A stretch of DNA of 64,000 nucleotides from positions 208,031 to 272,030 of the forward strand of contig JBNGBT010000004.1 in the NCBI GenBank assembly GCA_049903315.1. The letters run 5' to 3'. The DNA is from Candidatus Cloacimonadota bacterium (GTDB lineage: Bacteria; Cloacimonadota; Cloacimonadia; JGIOTU-2). This document shows, in pieces, positions 58,400 to 64,000 of the stretch (position 1 is the first letter of the stretch; every line of letters starts with the position of its first letter). The notes beneath the pieces were generated by a model that was given only the letters and a program-made list of their open reading frames with translations, was not told the origin of the DNA and did not search any database. A program made the position numbers and the translations under genes.

Positions 58400-60622
58400 T
58401 TAGGGTGAGGTTATCTTCACCATCTTCCTGACCACTGCATGTCCGTTGTATTCTAATTTATATAAATATGTTCCGGGTGCTACGTGTTTGCCCCGTTCAT
58501 CCGTTCCGTCCCAGACAATCTTTGTCTTTACCCAAAAATTATTAGTTCTACCATCGAACCTGCGGACAAGCTGTCCTTTGGTATTGTATATGGAAAGTGT
58601 GTAATCTTCTACTCTTTCGTAATCCGCAGTGATGAATAATATTTCCGTTTCATTGGTGAAAGGATTCGGTGTATTCTGGAAAAGATACAAATTATCAATA
58701 AAACTTGTATCAGGTTCATCCACACTTACCGTGTCCTGACATTCGTATGCACCGATATCTATTCTCCCGTTGAATATTCTCGGATTACCTGCTAAGTCCG
58801 TTGCCGGTAAATGCAGTCCTGTTGTGTCCGGTGTGCCTGCATCGATACATGGTGAGTATTTGGTTAACTCGTAGCTAAACGGATCGCCTCCTACAAACAA
58901 TGGGTCTTCGTCTATGTTGCCGTCTCCCCAATATAATGTTCCATTATTATTTGTGTTTATAGCATCTATACCACCCTCGATATTACAGTACTCGATATAA
59001 GCAGAACTAGGAGCACCCGTTGGGTGAAACCATATTTCAGTATCTGATTCATTTCTCAGAATTGTATTAATCAATGTTATGTGGCTATCATCAACTAAAC
59101 GAATTGTTCCTTCAGAGCAGTCTTTGTTATCAACAACTGTGCAATTTATCAGAAACATACTATCAAAACTCCATAACATTGCAATTCCAGATGAAATTGA
59201 TCCGCAATAATTTGATAAAGTCGTATTTATGAATACTGGTGTGGTATTATTAACGAATTCACATGCTCCAAAAGTGGTTCTGTTTCGACTTGTATTATTA
59301 CCCTTAAATTCACAATTATACGCCATTAACGAAACATTAACGTTTGCACCTATATCATGACCTTTTCTATCATCATCAGCTATTATATCAACATTATTAA
59401 AAATTACATCACACTCTGAGTGTATGAATATCTGGGCTACACCACTCACGCAATTATTGTGTTTAATTACAACGTTCTCAATTTTGAAAGAAGAATTATA
59501 ACATACACCCATACCCCCAACCCAATTACCTTTTCCATTAAATATAGTGCAATCCTTAATTATATAGTTACTTTTTTTAAAAAATTGAATTGTAGTAGCG
59601 CTGCTTTCAGCATCGAATATCGTACATTCTTTTCCTGCACCAAGGAGTGATATATAGTCTTTACCCCCAATAGCAAAAAAATCACCAGTCGTAGAAGGTG
59701 AATATGTTCCTTCATCCACATAAATCTTCTTTGGACGTAAACTATCTGATTTAATCATGATTAGAGCATAATAGATATTTTTATATGCATCATTCCAATG
59801 TAAACCGCTATTAGAATTATTTCCATTAGGAGATACATATACATCATTGTTGATTTGTTCTATTTTGTAGTTATTGGCAATTATTATGACATTATCCTCA
59901 CGTGAATAAGCATAGAATTCATCCGGTTCATTAACAGTAAATGTATCAACATATACAATCATGTTTCCAGCATGATTATAAATATCACTCCCAAGCGAAG
60001 AATAATTCATATATATATCACATAGATCCTGTGAAGAAAAATTAACATCAACATTATCGTTACCCTTATCAAATCCTCCGCCTGCACTATGTGCAAAATT
60101 ATGTATGATTTTTGTCCCGGATATGTTAATTTCAAGACAATCATTCACAAATATTCCCCCTCCAGTATCCGCATGGTTTGAAGTTATAATACAAGATGTT
60201 ATATTGAATGTGTTTATAGTCTCTTCACATATATAAATTCCACCCCCATATGTATAATAAGCATCATATCCACTGCCATTTTGAATTGTTAATCCATATA
60301 TAGTCGCTTCATCCCCACCATCTTTTACAACGACACAACTCCCATTGTTATTTCCATCGATAATTGTATTTTTAATATACGACTCATCTCCTGTGGTATA
60401 GTACTTGCTTGCAACGGTAATATTCTTTCCAATGTAATCTATATTCTCAAAATAGGTTCCTGGATAAATTAAAACAATATCACCATCCTGAGAATTATTA
60501 ATCCCTTCTTGAATTGTCGTATAATTCCCTGTTCCGTTTATGTCAACCACTATCGTTGATGAGTAAATATAATAAATTGGAAATAGTAGTAAAAGTATTA
60601 TAATTGAATAAAAGTATTTCAT
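58400..60622 (-). CDS. Secreted beta-helix protein with T9SS/FlgD-like C-terminal domain
   Basis: TIQEGIN, YVSPNGNNSNSG, SPCIDAG..IDIGAYE, QNTPNPF..WDGTD..GTYLY. Confidence 0.8.
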   Translation of the reverse strand: MKYFYSIIILLLLFPIYYIYSSTIVVDINGTGNYTTIQEGINNSQDGDIVLIYPGTYFENIDYIGKNITVASKYYTTGDESYIKNTIIDGNNNGSCVVVKDGGDEATIYGLTIQNGSGYDAYYTYGGGIYICEETINTFNITSCIITSNHADTGGGIFVNDCLEINISGTKIIHNFAHSAGGGFDKGNDNVDVNFSSQDLCDIYMNYSSLGSDIYNHAGNMIVYVDTFTVNEPDEFYAYSREDNVIIIANNYKIEQINNDVYVSPNGNNSNSGLHWNDAYKNIYYALIMIKSDSLRPKKIYVDEGTYSPSTTGDFFAIGGKDYISLLGAGKECTIFDAESSATTIQFFKKSNYIIKDCTIFNGKGNWVGGMGVCYNSSFKIENVVIKHNNCVSGVAQIFIHSECDVIFNNVDIIADDDRKGHDIGANVNVSLMAYNCEFKGNNTSRNRTTFGACEFVNNTTPVFINTTLSNYCGSISSGIAMLWSFDSMFLINCTVVDNKDCSEGTIRLVDDSHITLINTILRNESDTEIWFHPTGAPSSAYIEYCNIEGGIDAINTNNNGTLYWGDGNIDEDPLFVGGDPFSYELTKYSPCIDAGTPDTTGLHLPATDLAGNPRIFNGRIDIGAYECQDTVSVDEPDTSFIDNLYLFQNTPNPFTNETEILFITADYERVEDYTLSIYNTKGQLVRRFDGRTNNFWVKTKIVWDGTDERGKHVAPGTYLYKLEYNGHAVVRKMVKITSP

Positions 60623-60689
60623 GTTTACCTCACCCCCGTTCCCCCTCTCCGAAAAATCAGAGAGGGGGATTAGAGGATTAATTTAAGTA

Positions 60690-63035
60690 TTATTTCATGA
60701 GTAACATTTTGTGAAGATCACTCTTCTCACCCGACGTGAGTTTATAGAAATAGATGCCGTTCTTCACATCTTCACCATGCCTGTCTTTGCAGTCCCACGA
60801 AACCGAGTAATGCGCATTCTTAGTTCCTGCGGAAATAATGCCGTCACAGTCGATGGTTTGTACTAATTGTCCTCGTATGTTATAAATATTCAATTCCGTA
60901 TGCTCAGCATTCTGTTCGGGCATGAAATGTATAGTTGTGATATTTGATCTCACTGGATTTGGGTAATTCTGCAACAATGTAAGGTTTTGAATTAGTGTTG
61001 ATTCCTCTGTATTCAACTGTACTTTTGCATAACCTTTATGTTTATAGTAAAGTGATTGCTGGTAGTATGCTTGTGAATTTGAAATGTATGTTATATAAGG
61101 AATTGATTTTGAGAAACCTTTACCTTCCTCGTAATAAAACCTGAACTCTAGTTCGCCACCTCCACCGTTCATTCCTTCTGGTGTATAAGCAAGAATTTGC
61201 ACTGGATATTCATCGCCATAAACTTTTGTTGCTCCAAGGCATTCTACATCGCAGTAAACAGCAATCTCAGCAACAGGTATATTGGAATATACTGTATCTA
61301 TATCGATCGCCATATAATCGATGGTCTCATTGTATGTGAAGTACTCTGTTTTCTCTTTTATGAAAGGAGTAACACCTTTGCTTCCTAAGCTATCACCCCA
61401 TACAAGCTGGCATAATGTATCTACGGTGATAATATAGAGTTCACCCGGATTAGCAGTATAATTTGTTACCCTTGATCCACGTTGAGCATACCAATGTTCA
61501 GAACTGATCGTGAGCCACTCATCTTCGATAGACTCGAAAGCATCATCAAAGTATTCAGGTTCAATGAGGAAGCATCCAACCCAGTTTTCCTGTTCAGGAT
61601 AAAGCTGTACCGGCGTACTCGGATCAAGCCATGTGCCGGATATGCCCTGCACCGCAACAGAATCGTATTGCTCCTTGAGCTGAAATTTATAACCCTGCTT
61701 GCTGTTAAATTCACCATTTGTTAAATTCGTTTGCCAACTAACATAAAACCAAACTGCTGCATTATCTTCGTATATTACTGAATCGAGTATATCATCCAAA
61801 TAAAATTGATCATCATCAATAAGATACTGTCCTTCCAGCACATCGAGTGCATCCATCCATTCATCGGTGGTTCTATTCATTACTGGGAACGAAATCCAGT
61901 CTATGTTGTCATAAGAGTATCCATCATAATCATCGCGGAAATAGTCATGCGTAAAAGTTGGCAAAGCACCTATATCAGGAGGTGTGTCGTCATCATCCCA
62001 ATCCATTGCAGGATCACCGGTGTCAATACAGGGGGAGAAATCATATTCATCCCATGTTAGAGAATAGTCATTATTACTTGAATCTTCAAATATTGGATCA
62101 TCTGTGATATTATCTCCATTGTTAGTACACCATCCTGGTATGCCGTTTTCAATACAGCTGTATGCAATTTCAATGTCAGTAGTAATCTCTGGATTTTGTT
62201 GTTCAAAATCATCAGTATTATCATATATTATTATGTTATTTATTTCAGCACTCGTATTATTACATACCCTAATGCCAACTACATTATCTACTATTGTATT
62301 ATTATTAACAACCAAATCACTATATGGTCCGATAACTAATCCTATATTATTATCAGATAAAATGTTTGATATAATATCTGCATCACTATCCAAATCACAT
62401 ACTACTCCTGCGTACTCATTTGTATGTATCAAATTATTGTATATTGGAATAGTACTATTTCCATATACAATACCTTTTTCATTATTATATATTTCATTAT
62501 CGCTAATAGCAAGTGCGCGATAGCTAGTCGAGCCTAAAAGCTGGATTCCATCAGAATTATCATATATTTTATTTCTGTAAATATATGGACAATTACCTAT
62601 AACCTTAATACCAAGTTCAAAATTGCAAATTACATTATTATGAATTGATGGTTGTGCATTATAACTAAATATACCTGTATTTGGTGGTGTTGTTCTAAGA
62701 ATAGTAAATCCAACCAAAGAAGATTGATCATTTGTGAAATTAACTACACCATATTGACCTATACTATCGCTAACTATCATTGTTTGTGATATATAACTTG
62801 TATCACTTGTTGTATAATAACGACTACCAATCTCAATATTCTTATCATTTACTGTAACTGTTTCATAATATGAACCCGGATATACTAAAACTGTATCACC
62901 CGAACTCGATGCATTTATTCCTGCCTGTATAGTTGTATAGTCACCACCACCATTCCAGTCAACAATTATTATGCTAGCAAGTCCCATTGTTGATATCAAC
63001 AGCAGAAATGCTGTTATCATAATTATTTTTTTCAT
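60690..63035 (-). CDS. Secreted beta-helix protein with T9SS/FlgD-like C-terminal domain
   Basis: AAGGAG SD; TIQAGIN, N-rich repeats, SPCIDTGDP, QNYPNP..GIYFY. Confidence 0.8.
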   Translation of the reverse strand: MKKIIMITAFLLLISTMGLASIIIVDWNGGGDYTTIQAGINASSSGDTVLVYPGSYYETVTVNDKNIEIGSRYYTTSDTSYISQTMIVSDSIGQYGVVNFTNDQSSLVGFTILRTTPPNTGIFSYNAQPSIHNNVICNFELGIKVIGNCPYIYRNKIYDNSDGIQLLGSTSYRALAISDNEIYNNEKGIVYGNSTIPIYNNLIHTNEYAGVVCDLDSDADIISNILSDNNIGLVIGPYSDLVVNNNTIVDNVVGIRVCNNTSAEINNIIIYDNTDDFEQQNPEITTDIEIAYSCIENGIPGWCTNNGDNITDDPIFEDSSNNDYSLTWDEYDFSPCIDTGDPAMDWDDDDTPPDIGALPTFTHDYFRDDYDGYSYDNIDWISFPVMNRTTDEWMDALDVLEGQYLIDDDQFYLDDILDSVIYEDNAAVWFYVSWQTNLTNGEFNSKQGYKFQLKEQYDSVAVQGISGTWLDPSTPVQLYPEQENWVGCFLIEPEYFDDAFESIEDEWLTISSEHWYAQRGSRVTNYTANPGELYIITVDTLCQLVWGDSLGSKGVTPFIKEKTEYFTYNETIDYMAIDIDTVYSNIPVAEIAVYCDVECLGATKVYGDEYPVQILAYTPEGMNGGGGELEFRFYYEEGKGFSKSIPYITYISNSQAYYQQSLYYKHKGYAKVQLNTEESTLIQNLTLLQNYPNPVRSNITTIHFMPEQNAEHTELNIYNIRGQLVQTIDCDGIISAGTKNAHYSVSWDCKDRHGEDVKNGIYFYKLTSGEKSDLHKMLLMK

Positions 63036-63449
63036 TTTTCTCCTTATTTTCTGTGAACACACTATCTCTTAAAAGAGCAACCCATAATACATATCCCACA
63101 ACATCATTTTCATTCCAATCTTTTCCAGTTGAATACTCATATTCCTTACACCCCACTATTCCCGGGATCGAGAATAGCAAGGTGGGAGAATATAAATTTA
63201 TTTTTTCCAAAGCAGTTAAATATATTACATGCGCACTTATGTGCAGCGCTAAAATAACAAAAAATTTCGTAACATACATAATATGCGCTAATTATGCAAT
63301 GCTGAGGGGGGGGGGGTAAGTCCTCCGTAATTAATGTTCCAGAAACTTATCGTTACCTTCATATTTTTTCCTTTGAACTGGATTAATGAAATTTGTATTT
63401 TCGTTGTCAAATTTTATATTGATTTTATACAGGTATTCTTTACTATATT

Positions 63450-64000
63450 ATAGTGCACCCCATTGTCCAGACAAAAATATTGATTATATAAGTTAACATT
63501 TAGCAAGCCCTCAGAAGTTTTTGCTTTTCAAAGAATACCTCATCTGGAGTTTTGTAATCTAGTGATTGATGTATTCTTTCTTGATTGAAAAATCTGAAAT
63601 AACTCTCAACAGCCCTTTGACATTGATTAACATTTTCATAATCATTTAAATATACTTCTTCATACTTCAACGATCGGAAAGTGCGTTCTATGAATATATT
63701 ATCTAAAGCACGTCCTTTCCCATTCATGCTGATTGTGACATTATTATCCAATAAGACCCTTGTAAATTCAATACTGGTAAACTGACTTCCCTGATCAGTG
63801 TTGAAGATTTCAGGTCTCCCGTATTTACTGATAGATTCATTTAATGCTTCTATACAAAAGCTGCGATCCAAAGTATTGCTGATTTTCCAACTCAACACTT
63901 TACGACTAAAGATATCTATTATAGCTGCGAGATAAACAACTCCACGGTTCAGACGAAGATAAGTAATGTCACTAGCCCACACCTGATTCGCATGACCAAT
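63450..64000 (-). mobile_element. IS3-family element, OrfB DDE 3' part (ORF ends 63500) and probable right end; truncated by window end
   Basis: WASDITY, FNTDQGSQF, RALDNIFIER, HQSLDYKTP; probable end sequence TAGTGCACCCCATTGTCCAG near 63451-63470. Confidence 0.9.

Noticed and set aside
62974..63319. ORFs of 101 aa (-) and 88 aa (+)
   Set aside because: No motifs; changing the G-tract length by one does not fuse them into a convincing gene.

Overview
A bacterial chromosomal window, probably from an FCB-group organism such as Cloacimonadota (inferred from four large secreted proteins with a shared 'N.PNP...IYN.KGQ...GIYFY' C-terminal sorting module). Housekeeping genes include nth, dnaX, a pyrB-C-K-D-R-F operon, murI, hutU, rsgA, mtnA, prfA and rpmE. 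There are also many lipoproteins and secreted proteins, REP-like intergenic palindromes and a partial IS3 element. The main finding is an integron-like cassette system at about 6.9-13.45 kb. Six related 118-120 bp hairpin repeats separate six single-gene AT-rich cassettes, each bounded by its own 12-13 bp inverted repeat, ending at an attI-like site just 3' of a co-oriented tyrosine recombinase. That recombinase lacks the IntI-specific insertion and has an N-terminal HARP-like extension. All seven inferred crossover sites read ATT instead of the canonical GTT, and the distal repeat is fused at an ATT inside a truncated DUF4037-like gene. Family assignments come from recognising motifs by eye; no database searches were run.
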